Positions 10,446 through 22,610 of a stretch of 64,000 bases of DNA are shown here, piece after piece. The translations under genes were made by a program, and so were the position numbers. The stretch is from an uncultured Gemmatimonadaceae bacterium. Lineage in GTDB: Bacteria > Gemmatimonadota > Gemmatimonadetes > Gemmatimonadales > Gemmatimonadaceae. The notes under the pieces are model-generated. The model saw only the letters and a list, made by a program, of their open reading frames with translations. It ran no database searches and was not told the DNA's origin. Numbering within the stretch: the first letter of the stretch is position 1; each line of letters opens with the position of its first letter. Where the stretch lies: positions 72,518 to 136,517 of the forward strand of contig CAWGJO010000012.1 in assembly GCA_963822945.1 (NCBI GenBank), given 5' to 3'.

Positions 10446-11554
10446 CCAGCGGTATCCTCCGGCGCGTGAACGCGGGCAAGGTGCTCTTCGGTCTGGTCGG
10501 CGGCGCGGTCCCAGGTGAAGGTCTCGGCGAACCGGCGCGCCTGCACACCCAGCCGCTCGACCAGGGCGGCGTCTCCGGCCAGCCGGTCCATCACCTCGGC
10601 CATCGCGCGCGTGTCGCCGTGCGGGATCAGAAAGCCCGTCTCGCCGTGCTTCACGGACTCCCGGATGCCCGGCGAGTTGGAGGCGACGACGGGCGTGCCA
10701 CACGCCGCGGCTTCCAGGTTCGTGATACCCCACCCCTCCTTGGGCGACGCGAACGCCAACCCCCACGACCGGCGCAACAGCGCCAGCTTCTCCTGCTCGC
10801 TGATACGCCCAAGAAACCGCACCCGCGTGCCGAGGTCAAGCGAAGCGGCAAGTCGTTCCAACGTTGGACGATAGTCACCCGCGCCCGCGATCTCCAACAC
10901 CGCCTCGCGGTGCCGCATCGCTGCAAAAGCCTGGATGACCAGATGCACGCCCTTGTAGTGTTTGAGCCGACCCAGATAGGAGAAGGTCGGCACCGCCGAC
11001 CGCGTGCCTGCGGCTGGCGTATACGACTCGGCATCGATGCCGGGATAGATCACTTCGATGTGCGCGCGTGGAATCCCGCGGTGCACCAGGTCGTCGGCCG
11101 TGCTCTGGCTGATGGCCTCGAACGGCGTCCCGCGATACACGCGTCCGAGCGGCCGCTCGGCGAGCCACACCGCGGCGGCGAGGGGCGCGGCAAATTCCTG
11201 GAACGCCGTGGCCCCGAACAGGTGCGGCACCAGGGTCATCGCGCGTGGGGCGCCCCATCGCGGCGTGTAGAGGGGAATCTTGTTCACGTCCTCGACGAGC
11301 ACGTCGCAGGTGCCGGCGAGATGACGGGCATAGTACCGCCGGGCAAAGAAGGGAAACGAGTGCCGGGTTCCCACGCGATGCACGTCGATGCCATCCAACT
11401 CGGCCCGGGGCGGCGCATCGGGCCAGCCACCGCAGAGCAGCGTGACGCGATGCCCGCGCGCCGCCAGCCGGCCGAAGATCTCGTGGAGATGAATCTCGGC
11501 GCCCCCGGCCAGCGGATTCTCCCGATCCTGCCAGTTGACGACGAGAATGCGCAT
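10442..11554 (-). CDS. Glycosyltransferase family 4
   Basis: MRILVVNWQDRENPLAGGAE, YLGRLKHYKG, EGWGITNLEAAACGTP. Confidence 0.92.
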   Translation of the reverse strand: MRILVVNWQDRENPLAGGAEIHLHEIFGRLAARGHRVTLLCGGWPDAPPRAELDGIDVHRVGTRHSFPFFARRYYARHLAGTCDVLVEDVNKIPLYTPRWGAPRAMTLVPHLFGATAFQEFAAPLAAAVWLAERPLGRVYRGTPFEAISQSTADDLVHRGIPRAHIEVIYPGIDAESYTPAAGTRSAVPTFSYLGRLKHYKGVHLVIQAFAAMRHREAVLEIAGAGDYRPTLERLAASLDLGTRVRFLGRISEQEKLALLRRSWGLAFASPKEGWGITNLEAAACGTPVVASNSPGIRESVKHGETGFLIPHGDTRAMAEVMDRLAGDAALVERLGVQARRFAETFTWDRAADQTEEHLARVHAPEDTAG

Positions 11555-11964
11555 CAGAGGCGGCCCATGCGACGCGCCAGCGCGTCGAGCACGCCGTTCA
11601 CGAACCGCGCGCTCTGCTCGCTGCCATACCGTTCGGCCAGCCGCAGCGCCTCCTGGATCACCACGCGCGCCGGCGTTTCGCCGCGCCGGAGTTCCGCCGC
11701 GGCCACGCGCAGCACGCTGCGTTCGATCACGCCCAGCCGCTCGAGCCGCCAATTGGTGGTGACGTCGGCCAGCTCGCGGTCGATCTCCCGGCCGTGCTGC
11801 TGTATCTCGCGGACGAGCAGGCCCGCCAGGCGGCGCTCTTCGGGCGCGATGGCCAGATCGTCCCAGATCATGGTGGCCACGCGCTCGAGGTCGGACTCGC
11901 CGCGGAGGTCCCACGCGTAGAGCGCCTGCAGCGCCCGGGCGCGGGCCCGGGTCTCAACCCTCAT
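11554..11964 (-). CDS. nusB: Transcription antitermination factor NusB
   Basis: RARARALQALY, NWRLERL..IER, FVNGVLD. Confidence 0.95.
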   Translation of the reverse strand: MRVETRARARALQALYAWDLRGESDLERVATMIWDDLAIAPEERRLAGLLVREIQQHGREIDRELADVTTNWRLERLGVIERSVLRVAAAELRRGETPARVVIQEALRLAERYGSEQSARFVNGVLDALARRMGRL

Positions 11965-12433
11965 GCGATGCGTCCAGGCGGTCGAAGAGGTCGGCCATCT
12001 CGAGCGCCGCCAGCGCGGCGTCCCACCCCTTGTTGCCGTGCGCGCCGCCGGCGCGGGCCTCGGCCTGATCCATCGTGTCGCAGGTCAGCAGCCCGAAGCC
12101 CACCGGTACGTCGAACTCGGCCGACGCCCTGGCCAGCCCCCGGGCCGACTCGCCGGCCACGAAGTCGAAGTGCGGCGTTTCCCCCCGGATCACGGCGCCC
12201 AGCGCGACGACGGCATCGTACCGCTCGCTGTCCATGAGGCGGCGCACCGCGGCGGGCAACTCCCACGCGCCCGGCACCCAGACCACGTCGATGTTGTCGG
12301 CCGCCACGCCGTGGCGCACGAGCGCGTCCGTGGCCCCGTCCGCCAGCTTGCTCGTGATCGTGTTGTTGAACCGGCTCGCCACGACCGCCACCCGCCGGCC
12401 CCGGCCCGAAGGCGATCCCGAAAATTCTGCCAT
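11954..12433 (-). CDS. ribH: 6,7-dimethyl-8-ribityllumazine synthase
   Basis: SRFN, VPGAWELP, IRGETPHFD, GNKG. Confidence 0.97.
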   Translation of the reverse strand: MAEFSGSPSGRGRRVAVVASRFNNTITSKLADGATDALVRHGVAADNIDVVWVPGAWELPAAVRRLMDSERYDAVVALGAVIRGETPHFDFVAGESARGLARASAEFDVPVGFGLLTCDTMDQAEARAGGAHGNKGWDAALAALEMADLFDRLDASHEG

Positions 12434-13639
12434 TTAGGAGACGAGGAGGTGGCCGAGCTTCTCGCGCTTGGTCTTCATGTACCCGGCGTTCTCTTCCTGC
12501 GCCGGCTGGACGATGGGCACCCGCTCCTCGACCCGCAGACCGTACCCCTCGAGGCCGATCATCTTGCGCGGATTGTTGGTGATGGGACGGATCGACTTGA
12601 GCCCGATGTCGAGCAGGATCTGCGCGCCGATCCCGTAGTTGCGGAGGTCCGGCTTGAAGCCCAGCCGCTCGTTGGCCTCGACGGTGTCGATGCCCGTATC
12701 CTGGAGTTCGTAGGCCTTGATCTTGTTCAACAATCCGATGCCCCGCCCTTCCTGATCCAGGTACACGATCACCCCGCGCCCTTCGTCGGCGATCATCTGC
12801 ATCGCGGTATCGAGTTGCCAGCCGCAGTCGCAGCGCTTGGAGTGAAACACGTCACCGGTGAGGCACTTGGAGTGCATGCGGACCAACACGTTCTCACCAT
12901 CGGACACGTCGCCGTACACCAGCGCCACGTGCTCGTGCGGATCCACGTCGTTCTTGTACCCGAGGATCTGCCACGCGCCGAACTCGGTGGGCAGCCGCGC
13001 CTCGGCCACCCGGTGCACCAGCCGCTCGTTCTTGAGCCGGTGCGCGACGAGTTGGGCCACGGTGATGAACGTCAGGCCGTGGCGCTCGGCGAACTTCTCG
13101 AGATTGCCACGGCGCGCGGCACTGCCGTCCTCGTTGAGGATCTCGCAGATGACACCGGCGGGGTACAGCCCGGCGAGGCGCGCGAGATCGATGGCCGCCT
13201 CGGTGTGCCCTACGCGCTGCAACACCCCGCCCTCGCGGGCCCGGAGCGGGAAGACGTGCCCGCCATGCCGGAGATCGGACGGCGCCGTGGCGGGATCGAC
13301 CGCCACGCGGATCGTCGTCGCACGATCCTGCGCGCTGATCCCCGTGGTCACGCCGAACCGCGCCACGGCGTCGATGCTCACCGTGTAGGCGGTGCGGTAT
13401 TCGTCGGGGTTGGTCTCGCTCATCGGCGCGAGGTCGAGCTGCTCCACCCGCTCCGCCGTGAGCGCCAGGCAGACGAGGCCGCCGGCCTGGCGAATCATGA
13501 AATTGATCCCGTCGGCCGTCATGAGCTGTGCGGCGCCGATCAGATCGCCTTCGTTCTCGCGATCCTCGTCGTCGGCCACGATGACGAGCTTGCCGGCCTT
13601 GATGTCGGCGATGGCTTGGTCTACGGATCCGAAAGTCAT
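12434..13639 (-). CDS. ribBA: Bifunctional DHBP synthase / GTP cyclohydrolase II
   Basis: DDEDRENEGD, GHTEA, RMHSKCLTGD..S.RCDCG, QEGRGIGL. Confidence 0.97.
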   Translation of the reverse strand: MTFGSVDQAIADIKAGKLVIVADDEDRENEGDLIGAAQLMTADGINFMIRQAGGLVCLALTAERVEQLDLAPMSETNPDEYRTAYTVSIDAVARFGVTTGISAQDRATTIRVAVDPATAPSDLRHGGHVFPLRAREGGVLQRVGHTEAAIDLARLAGLYPAGVICEILNEDGSAARRGNLEKFAERHGLTFITVAQLVAHRLKNERLVHRVAEARLPTEFGAWQILGYKNDVDPHEHVALVYGDVSDGENVLVRMHSKCLTGDVFHSKRCDCGWQLDTAMQMIADEGRGVIVYLDQEGRGIGLLNKIKAYELQDTGIDTVEANERLGFKPDLRNYGIGAQILLDIGLKSIRPITNNPRKMIGLEGYGLRVEERVPIVQPAQEENAGYMKTKREKLGHLLVS

Positions 13640-14238
13640 ATCACTCGCGTCCTGTAGGACGTTATGAGTCGCTGCACGTACTTGCCGATCACGTCCGCCT
13701 CCACCTGGACCTCCGATCCCTCATTCAACGCGCCGAGGGTGGTGTGGCGAAGCGTGTACTCGATCAGGGACACCTGAACTGCATCCGGCGCCGGAAGCGC
13801 GTTGACGGTGAGGCTCACGCCGTCCACCGTCAGCGACCCGTGCGGCACCATAAGGTCCGCCACATCTGGCGGGAGGGCAAGGTCGACCAGCCGCGCGTCG
13901 CCCCGCTGTTCGACGCCGGTCACGCGCCCCACGCCGTCCACGTGCCCGAGCACCAGGTGCCCGCCGAGCCGGTCGGCGGCGCGGAGCGCACGCTCGAGAT
14001 TGACCTCGCGGCCCGCGGTCCATGACCCGATGGTGGTGCGGTCGAGCGTGGTGGCGACGGCAGCGACCGTGAACCAGCCAGGGCCGTGCTCGCGCACGGT
14101 GAGACAGGCCCCGTTGACGGCAATGCTCTCGCCGTCGGCGAGGTCGTCGTACCGGCTGGCGATGCGGAACTCGCGTCCCGCCGCCGTTCCGGTCACGTGC
14201 TCGATGGTTCCGACGCTGTCAACCAGCCCGCTGAACAC
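13636..14238 (-). CDS. ribE: Riboflavin synthase
   Basis: (V/M)FSGLV, SIAVNGACLTV, VNLERAL, GGHLVLGHVD; start GTG 14238. Confidence 0.95.
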   Translation of the reverse strand: MFSGLVDSVGTIEHVTGTAAGREFRIASRYDDLADGESIAVNGACLTVREHGPGWFTVAAVATTLDRTTIGSWTAGREVNLERALRAADRLGGHLVLGHVDGVGRVTGVEQRGDARLVDLALPPDVADLMVPHGSLTVDGVSLTVNALPAPDAVQVSLIEYTLRHTTLGALNEGSEVQVEADVIGKYVQRLITSYRTRVI

Positions 14239-15326
14239 TAAGGCGCTCCCAGCGCATAGGTCGTCATGACGTCGTCGCCCAGGACCCGGCGTTCCAGTAC
14301 CCGCAGGCGCTCCAGGCGCGCGACGTCCCCCGGCGGCGCAAACGCAAAGGCGTTGAGGGCGCCCTGCCCCAGCACCACCGGCGCCTGAAAGATAATCAAG
14401 CGATCCACGGCGGCGCGCTCGAGGAAGCTGCCCGCCAGGCGGGCTCCCCCCTCCACGAGCAGGGATCCGATGCCGCGCTGCGCCAGCGCCTGCAGGGCCT
14501 CGGGCAGCCCGGAAGCGACCACCACGTCGACCCCCGACGCCTCGAGGGTCCGCGCCCGCTGTGGATTCGGCTCCCGGGCCACGACGATGACCGGCGTCTC
14601 CCGGGCCGTGCGGACGAGCACGGAATCGGGCGGTGTACGCAGCGTGGAATCGAACACCACCCGGCGCAACGGGATGCGCGGTGGCTCCCAATCGCGCACC
14701 GTCAGCGCCGGATCGTCGCCCAGCACCGTCCCGATGCCGACGGCAATCGCATCGTGGCCCGCCCGCAGGCGGTGAACTTCGCGACGCGACTCGGCACCGG
14801 TAAGGTGCGTGGTGGTGCTCCGGTCGGCGGCGGCGATCGCGCCGTCGATGGACATCGCCAGCTTGAGCGTGACGAATGGACGTTCGGGGTGCGCGAACCG
14901 GTGGAAGAACGGCGCGTTCAAGTCGCGCGCGGCCGCCTCCCCCTCCCCCAACTCCACGGCCACCCCGGATTCGCGGAGGCGTTGCGCGCCGCCCGCCGCC
15001 TCCGGATTGGGGTCGCCGACGGCGATCACCACACGACTCACCCCCGCCGCGGCGATCGCCTCGGTGCACGGGGGCGTCTTGCCCTGGTGGACGCACGGTT
15101 CGAGCGTCACATACAGCGTCGCGCCCCGGGCGCGCTCCCCCGCGGCTCGCAGCGCCGCCACCTCGGCATGGGCCTCGCCGAAGCGGGCATGATATCCCTC
15201 GCCCACCACCACGCCGTCGCGGACGAGGACGGCGCCGACCATGGGGTTCGGCGCCGTCTTGCCCCAGCCCTCGCGGGCCAGGTCCAGGGCCCGGCGCATG
15301 AACGCCGAGCCGCCGCGATCAGTCAC
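14238..15326 (-). CDS. ribD: Riboflavin biosynthesis deaminase/reductase
   Basis: PNPMVGAV, HAE, TLEPCVHQGKTPPC, VEGG. Confidence 0.96.
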   Translation of the reverse strand: MTDRGGSAFMRRALDLAREGWGKTAPNPMVGAVLVRDGVVVGEGYHARFGEAHAEVAALRAAGERARGATLYVTLEPCVHQGKTPPCTEAIAAAGVSRVVIAVGDPNPEAAGGAQRLRESGVAVELGEGEAAARDLNAPFFHRFAHPERPFVTLKLAMSIDGAIAAADRSTTTHLTGAESRREVHRLRAGHDAIAVGIGTVLGDDPALTVRDWEPPRIPLRRVVFDSTLRTPPDSVLVRTARETPVIVVAREPNPQRARTLEASGVDVVVASGLPEALQALAQRGIGSLLVEGGARLAGSFLERAAVDRLIIFQAPVVLGQGALNAFAFAPPGDVARLERLRVLERRVLGDDVMTTYALGAP

Positions 15327-15329
15327 GCG

Positions 15330-16316
15330 CTACCATGCGAAGCGAAGCCCCACGGAGCCGTAGAGGCGTGACGCGTTCGCATCCTTGTTGGCGAACGAGT
15401 TGTACGTGGCCACCGAGCCGCCGGACGCCTGTCCGATCTCGCCGACGAGCTTGAGGATCGGGAGGTTGAGCGAGAGATCGGCGAACATGTTGGTGCGCGT
15501 CATGTTCTGCGACAGCGAGACCTGCGCCGACTGCTGCCCCAGCGCGCTTCCCTGGACGGTGGCGCTGGTGCTGTACTTATCCTGCCCGACACCGGCCGCA
15601 AGCCCGAAGATGATGAAGTGCTTGCTGGCCACCAGGCGCCACGCGGTGGTCCCGATATCCATGTTCGACACGTTGAAGGAGGCCCCGTTCGAGGTGCCAT
15701 CCAGCGTCACCGTGGGGAGATCGCGCTTGAGATACGTGAGCGCGACGCCCGGCACCACGATCGACTCCTTGAGAATCCCCAGACGTGCCCCGTACCCGAA
15801 CTTGAGCGAACCGTTGGGCGTATTCACGCTGAGGCTGTTCTGATTCACGTTCGGGATGTACGAGACGTTCACCAGGAAGTCCAACCCGAGCACGTTGGTG
15901 ACGCCCAGGGGCAGCCCGTTCCAGAGGCCGATGGCCGCATCAACGACCGGCATGGGCAGCGGTTGATTGGTCTTCGTGGGCAGCGTCTGCGCGGGGCTCG
16001 CACCGGTGATCCGGGTGTTGAACTGATCCACCTGCGGGAGCGTGCCCGCCACGATGTTGGCCCGGATGCCGAGCGAGAAGTGGCCGAACCCGCCAAGGAT
16101 CCCGCCCTGTCCGAGCGTCGCGTTGCCGCCGGCGATCGCCGTGCCGAGCTGCGGCGCCATGTATTGGAACACGTCGACCGCCTGCTGGCAGGCATCCTGC
16201 GTTACCTGCGCAGAACTCCCGAGCGCACCGCTCGGACAAGACGTCGACTGCGCCAGGGCCGCCGATGCCGTCAGCAGCAGTGCGCCGACCGCACCGAACA
16301 TGCCTCTTGCCTTCAT
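15330..16316 (-). CDS. Secreted, probable outer-membrane beta-barrel hypothetical protein
   Basis: Signal peptide MKARGMFGAVGALLLTASAALAQ with GGAGG upstream; amphipathic strands; C-terminal YGSVGLRFAW. Confidence 0.7.
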   Translation of the reverse strand: MKARGMFGAVGALLLTASAALAQSTSCPSGALGSSAQVTQDACQQAVDVFQYMAPQLGTAIAGGNATLGQGGILGGFGHFSLGIRANIVAGTLPQVDQFNTRITGASPAQTLPTKTNQPLPMPVVDAAIGLWNGLPLGVTNVLGLDFLVNVSYIPNVNQNSLSVNTPNGSLKFGYGARLGILKESIVVPGVALTYLKRDLPTVTLDGTSNGASFNVSNMDIGTTAWRLVASKHFIIFGLAAGVGQDKYSTSATVQGSALGQQSAQVSLSQNMTRTNMFADLSLNLPILKLVGEIGQASGGSVATYNSFANKDANASRLYGSVGLRFAW

Positions 16317-17357
16317 AACTCCTCCGCGTGGTAAATGTTTGGGCGACCCGAACCGCGAACCACACGGCCCACCTGCCACCCCTCGCATCCGGTAGCGGCG
16401 ACGGAGGCCATGACGGCCTCGGCGTCGGAAGGCGCGACGATCACGACCATCCCGATCCCCATATTGAACGATCGGTACATGTCGGCCGTCGGCACGCCTC
16501 CTGCCCGCTGCAATTGGACGAACAAGTTCGGCACGCGCCACGCACGCGCATCGACGTCCGCGTCCAATGTGTCGGGGATCACTCTTCCCAGATTGCCGGG
16601 CAGTCCGCCCCCCGTAATGTGAGCCATCGCACGAATCCGGCCGAGGACCGGGCGCAGGGCCGCGGAGATACGACCGGTGAATCCGGAGCAGCACGTCGGC
16701 CACCGTGCCCTCCTCCCCCGGGAATGCATCGCTCATCCCCAGCCGCATCCGCTCCGCCACGATACGCCGGGCCAGCGAATACCCGTTGGTGTGGAGCCCG
16801 CTGCTGGCCAAGCCAAGCAACACGTCACCTTCGCGCACGCGCTCGGCCGAGAGGATCGCGTCTTCCTCCACATAGCCGACGATGAACCCCGCCAGGTCGA
16901 AGTCCGGCGGTGTATAGAGGCCGGGCATCTCGGCGGTCTCGCCACCGACGAGCGCGCACCCGTTGTCGCGACATCCCGCGGCCACCCCGGTCACGATCGC
17001 CTCGACGACCGCGGGCACGAGCACACCGAACGCCACGTAGTCGAGGAAGAAGAGCGGCGACGCGCCCTGCACCAGGATGTCGTTCACACAGTGGTTCACC
17101 AGATCGTGCCCCACCGTGTCATAGCGGCCCGATTCGACGGCGACCTTGATCTTGGTGCCCACGCCGTCGGCGCTGGACACGAGCACGGGCTGCTTCGCGT
17201 CTTGCGGGAGGCGGAACATCCCGCCGAACCCGCCGAAGCTGCCGCGCGCGCCCGCCGTGAACGTCGATTCGACCAGGCGCTTGATGCGGTGCTTGGCGTC
17301 GTCCGCCGCATCGATGTCCACGCCGGACGATCGATAGTCGAGAGGGGCCTCGCTCAT
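16313..17357 (-). CDS. purM: Phosphoribosylformylglycinamidine cyclo-ligase (apparent frameshift ~16665)
   Basis: DYRSSGVDI, DGVGTK, GGETAEMPG, SSGLHTNGYSL; C-terminus (AHITGGG, FNMGIG) lies in ORF 16313-16729. Confidence 0.93.
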
Positions 17358-18277
17358 CCAAGCATCTCCGCTTCGAACGACACCAGGCGGTGGAACTCCC
17401 GCACGCGGCGGTCGACGTCACTCGGCTCGATCTCGAGCAGGCGCTCGACCGAGAACTTCTCGACGGCGAACGACCCCATGGCGCTGCCGTAGATGACGGC
17501 GCGGCGCAGATTCTCCTCGGACACGTCGCCGGTATGAGCCAGGTAGCCCATGAACCCGCCGGCGAACGAATCGCCGGCCCCCGTCGGATCGAAGACTTCC
17601 TCGAGCGGATAGGCGGGCGCGAAGAACACCGAGGTCGGCGTGAACATGAACGCCCCATGTTCACCCTTCTTGATGATCACGAGCTTGGGGCCGCGATCCA
17701 TGATCCACTTCGCGGCCTTCACCAGATTGAACTGCTCGGTGAGTTGCCGGGCCTCGCCGTCGTTGAGCGTGATCGCGTCCACGCGCTCCAGCAGCGAGAG
17801 CAGTTCGGGGCGCCGGCTCTCGATCCAGAAGTTCATCGTATCGCAGGCGACGAGCGTCGGCTCGCGCACCTGGTCGAGCACGTCGAGCTGGAGGCGCGGA
17901 TCGATGTTGCCGAGGAACACGAACGGCGAGTCGCTGAACTGCTCGGGAATCTTCGGGTGGAAGTTGGAGAACACCCCGAGGTGCGTCTCGAGCGTCTCGG
18001 CGACGTTGAGGTCGTGGCGGTAGCGGCCGCGCCAGCGGAACGAGGGTCCATCCGCCGTCTCGACGCCGGCAAAGTCGACGCCGCGCCGGATGAGCGGCTC
18101 CAGCCGGTTCATCGGGTAGTCGTTGCCGACCACGCCCACCACGCGCACGCGCGCGAGGTGACTGGCCGAGGCGGAGAAGAAGTTGGCCGATCCGCCGATC
18201 ACGTTGTCCGCCTTGCCGAACGGCGTTTCCACGGAATCGAGGGCGACCGAGCCGACCACCAGCACGGTCTGCTTCAC
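17354..18277 (-). CDS. PfkB/ribokinase-family carbohydrate kinase
   Basis: [24 protein letters not shown]. Confidence 0.93.
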   Translation of the reverse strand: MKQTVLVVGSVALDSVETPFGKADNVIGGSANFFSASASHLARVRVVGVVGNDYPMNRLEPLIRRGVDFAGVETADGPSFRWRGRYRHDLNVAETLETHLGVFSNFHPKIPEQFSDSPFVFLGNIDPRLQLDVLDQVREPTLVACDTMNFWIESRRPELLSLLERVDAITLNDGEARQLTEQFNLVKAAKWIMDRGPKLVIIKKGEHGAFMFTPTSVFFAPAYPLEEVFDPTGAGDSFAGGFMGYLAHTGDVSEENLRRAVIYGSAMGSFAVEKFSVERLLEIEPSDVDRRVREFHRLVSFEAEMLG

Positions 18278-19929
18278 ATGCGCTCCGGGGCTGAGATGCC
18301 GAGAAGGGTGAGTCCGTTGTGCAATACGATCTGCGACGCGCGGGCGAGGGCGAGCCGGGCGTTCATGACCGGCTCGGGTTCGTTGAGCACGTGGGCTGAG
18401 TGGTACCAGAGGTGGACCTTTCCCGCGAGATCGTGCAGGTAGTTGGCCACCCGGTGGGGTTCCAGCGCGGTGGCTGCCCCGGCGACGAGCGCCGGATAAT
18501 CGAGCAGCGCCTTGATCAGCTCTCCTTCCTCGGGCCGGGCGAGCTGGGTGAAGTCGACGCCCTCGCCCGTGACCGACGCCGCGTCGATCTCCCCCACGCG
18601 GAAGATGCCGGACATCCGGGCGTGCGCCATCTGGATGTAGTAGACCGGGTTCTCCTCCGACTGGGAGCGCGCGAGGTCGACGTCGAACTGCAACTGCGAG
18701 TCGCCCTTGCGCATGAGGAAGAAGTAGCGGACCGCGTCGCGCCCCACCTCGTCGATCAGGTCGCGGACGGTCACGTAGCTGCCGGCGCGCTTCGAGATCT
18801 TCACTTCCTCACCGCCCTTCATCACCGTCACCATCTGATGCAGCACGTACTCGGGGTACCCTTCGGGGATCCCGATGCCGAGCGCCTGCAGCCCGATGCG
18901 CACCCGGGTGACCGTGCTGTGATGGTCCGATCCCTGCACGTTGATGGCGCGCCTGAACCCGCGTTCCCACTTGGTGACGTGGTACGCGACGTCGGGCACG
19001 AAGTAGGTGGGCTCGCCCCCCTTCTCCGCGCTCCGGCGCATGACGCGGTCCTTGTCGTCGCCGAAGTCGGTGGTCTTCAGCCAGAGGGCGCCATCCTTCT
19101 CATACGTATGGCCGGCCGCCACGAGCCGATCGATCGTCTCGCCCACCTTCCCTTCGGCGTACAGCGACGACTCCAGGAAGTACACGTCGAATTTCACCCC
19201 GAACGCCTGCAGGTCGCGGTCCTGTTCGTGGCGCAGCTCCTGCACCGCGAACCGGCGCACCGCGTCCAGATCGGCGCCGTCCGGATCGCCGGGGTACCCA
19301 TCGACGTATCGTTGGGCGATCTCCCGGATGTACTCGCCGTGGTACCCGCCCTCCGGGATCTCGATCGAGCGCCCGTGGAGCTGCGCGATCCGCGCCCGCA
19401 CGCTGGTGGCGAGATTCATGATCTGCGCCCCGGCGTCGTTGTAGTAGAACTCGCGCGTGACCGCCCAGCCGGTGGCTTCGAGCAGGGACGAGATGGCGTC
19501 GCCGAGCGCGGCCTGTCGCCCGTGCCCCACGTGCAGCGGACCGGTGGGGTTGGCCGACACGAACTCGACGTTGACGGCCTGCCCGGCCGCCGAGTGGTCG
19601 CGGCCGTACGCGCGCCCCGCCTGGACGAGCGCCAGCAACCCCTGGGCGAGGGTGTCCGTGGCGACGCGGAAGTTGATGAATCCGGGCCCCGCGATCTCCG
19701 CGGAGCGAACGCCGCCGCGCGCGAGATCCATGGCATCGATGAGCTGTTGCGCCAGGTCGCGCGGCTTCCGGCCGAGCGGCTTGGCGAGCGTCATCGCCAG
19801 ATTCGTGGCCCAATCGCCGAACGCCGGATCGCGCGGACGTTCGAGGAGGGGCGTCACATCGTCGGGCGCGCCCAGAGCCCGCGCCGCCCGCGTGAGCTCG
19901 GCGCGCAGGAGATCGTCACCGGCCATCAA
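18274..19929 (-). CDS. argS: Arginine--tRNA ligase
   Basis: [14 protein letters not shown] (HIGH), [17 protein letters not shown]-terminal APERM. Confidence 0.97.
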   Translation of the reverse strand: MMAGDDLLRAELTRAARALGAPDDVTPLLERPRDPAFGDWATNLAMTLAKPLGRKPRDLAQQLIDAMDLARGGVRSAEIAGPGFINFRVATDTLAQGLLALVQAGRAYGRDHSAAGQAVNVEFVSANPTGPLHVGHGRQAALGDAISSLLEATGWAVTREFYYNDAGAQIMNLATSVRARIAQLHGRSIEIPEGGYHGEYIREIAQRYVDGYPGDPDGADLDAVRRFAVQELRHEQDRDLQAFGVKFDVYFLESSLYAEGKVGETIDRLVAAGHTYEKDGALWLKTTDFGDDKDRVMRRSAEKGGEPTYFVPDVAYHVTKWERGFRRAINVQGSDHHSTVTRVRIGLQALGIGIPEGYPEYVLHQMVTVMKGGEEVKISKRAGSYVTVRDLIDEVGRDAVRYFFLMRKGDSQLQFDVDLARSQSEENPVYYIQMAHARMSGIFRVGEIDAASVTGEGVDFTQLARPEEGELIKALLDYPALVAGAATALEPHRVANYLHDLAGKVHLWYHSAHVLNEPEPVMNARLALARASQIVLHNGLTLLGISAPERM

Positions 19930-20306
19930 TCGCCTTTCTTGGGAGTGCTCTTGTCGGCGCCGGAATTGGCGCCCTTGCTCGCCTTCGCGTCCGATCCGCC
20001 GGAGGACGAACCCTTGCCGGCCTCTCCCCCGGAACCACCGCTCGACGCCCCTTCACCGCCGGGCTTGGCGCCCTCACCCGTCGGGCGCGCCGGCTTGGCG
20101 TCACCGCGCGTGGCATGGGCATTCTTGCCGTAATCCGTCAGGTAGAACCCCGAACCCTTGAACAGCAGGCCGGCGCCGGCCGAGAGCTGCCGGACTCCGA
20201 CGGCACCGCATTCCGGACACGGGACTTCCGACTGCGAAGCGCTGATCGTGCGGTAGAACTTCTCGAAGTCGTGGCCGTTGGGGCAGCGGTACTCGTAAGT
20301 AGGCAT
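19926..20306 (-). CDS. FmdB-family zinc-ribbon protein with low-complexity tail
   Basis: [12 protein letters not shown]...CPECG...[11 protein letters not shown]. Confidence 0.9.
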   Translation of the reverse strand: MPTYEYRCPNGHDFEKFYRTISASQSEVPCPECGAVGVRQLSAGAGLLFKGSGFYLTDYGKNAHATRGDAKPARPTGEGAKPGGEGASSGGSGGEAGKGSSSGGSDAKASKGANSGADKSTPKKGD

Positions 20307-20329
20307 TTCGCGGGGACTTAAGACAGCGA

Positions 20330-20358
20330 AAGCTACCCGCCGCGTGAGGGCCGTTCAA
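20330..20358 (-). promoter_or_regulatory. Putative sigma70 promoter for the fmdB-argS-...-rib cluster
   Basis: Minus strand TTGAAC-17 nt-TAGCTT, 24 nt upstream of the ATG at 20306. Confidence 0.5.
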
Positions 20359-20384
20359 GGGCACGGGCCACGCTCGCCGTGGCG

Positions 20385-21987
<1,603 letters not shown>

Positions 21988-21989
21988 AT

Positions 21990-22089
21990 AACTGAGAAGA
22001 GGCGGAACCGAGAAACGACGCAGGGCCGAGACTACGCAGGGCATGAACAGCGCAGGGCCGAAACCGCGGGGATGTGGAGGAGTTGAAAC
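21990..22089. repeat. Left arm of inverted repeat, built of 16-bp units (GAAACGACGCAGGGCC-like)
   Basis: 22006-22029 is the exact reverse complement of 22855-22878; imperfect similarity extends over the whole arm. Confidence 0.9.
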
Positions 22090-22148
22090 AGCGGATTTGG
22101 GAAAGGACGAAACAGCGAATTCGGGAAGTTACGAAACAGAAAGATACG
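22085..22148. repeat. Degenerate 24-bp direct repeat (GAAACAG-started), ~2.5 copies
   Basis: GAAACAG at 22085, 22109 and 22133: gaaacagcggatttgggaaaggac / gaaacagcgaattcgggaagttac / gaaacagaaagatacg. Confidence 0.75.
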
Positions 22149-22201
22149 GCGTGGGGTGGATTGTAGCCGCAGGCAGCATATCCGGGATGCATCGTGCCGT
22201 T

Positions 22202-22561
22202 ATGAATACGGCGACCAACGTGCGGGATCTGAAGGTCTGGGACGCGGCGCGAATGCTGGCCCGTGAAGTGCGCCGGGTAGCGGAGGCCGCGCGGGGAGAG
22301 GGGTCGGGCGACGTGTGGGCCCAGGCGAAACGTGCCGCCGACTCGGTTGGGGCGAACATCGCCGAAGGGTGCGGGCGCCCGACGACGGCCGACCGGCGTC
22401 GGTTCTTCTCAATCGCGGTCGGCTCCCTTCGCGAAACCCAACATCATCTGCGTAGCTGCCACGACTATGGCCTGCTCGAAGAACGAGAGTACCTGCGGCT
22501 GGCAGGCCTGGCGAGCGTCACACGGCGCATGCTCGAATCCCTGTCGGCCCGCCTGCGCTGA
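22202..22561 (+). CDS. Four-helix bundle protein (23S rRNA intervening-sequence protein / Avd-like family)
   Basis: 119 aa with DLKVW, QAKRAADSVGANIAEGCGR and FFSIAVGSLRET family motifs. Confidence 0.92.
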   Translation: MNTATNVRDLKVWDAARMLAREVRRVAEAARGEGSGDVWAQAKRAADSVGANIAEGCGRPTTADRRRFFSIAVGSLRETQHHLRSCHDYGLLEEREYLRLAGLASVTRRMLESLSARLR

Positions 22562-22610
22562 ACGTTGGATGCATGGACGGCTTGGAGGTCGAAAGGCGAA
22601 ACGCTACTCC

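Noticed and set aside
15330..17357. PurM-outer-membrane protein fusion (675-aa ORF)
   Set aside because: Created by the purM frameshift; the downstream gene has its own RBS and signal peptide.
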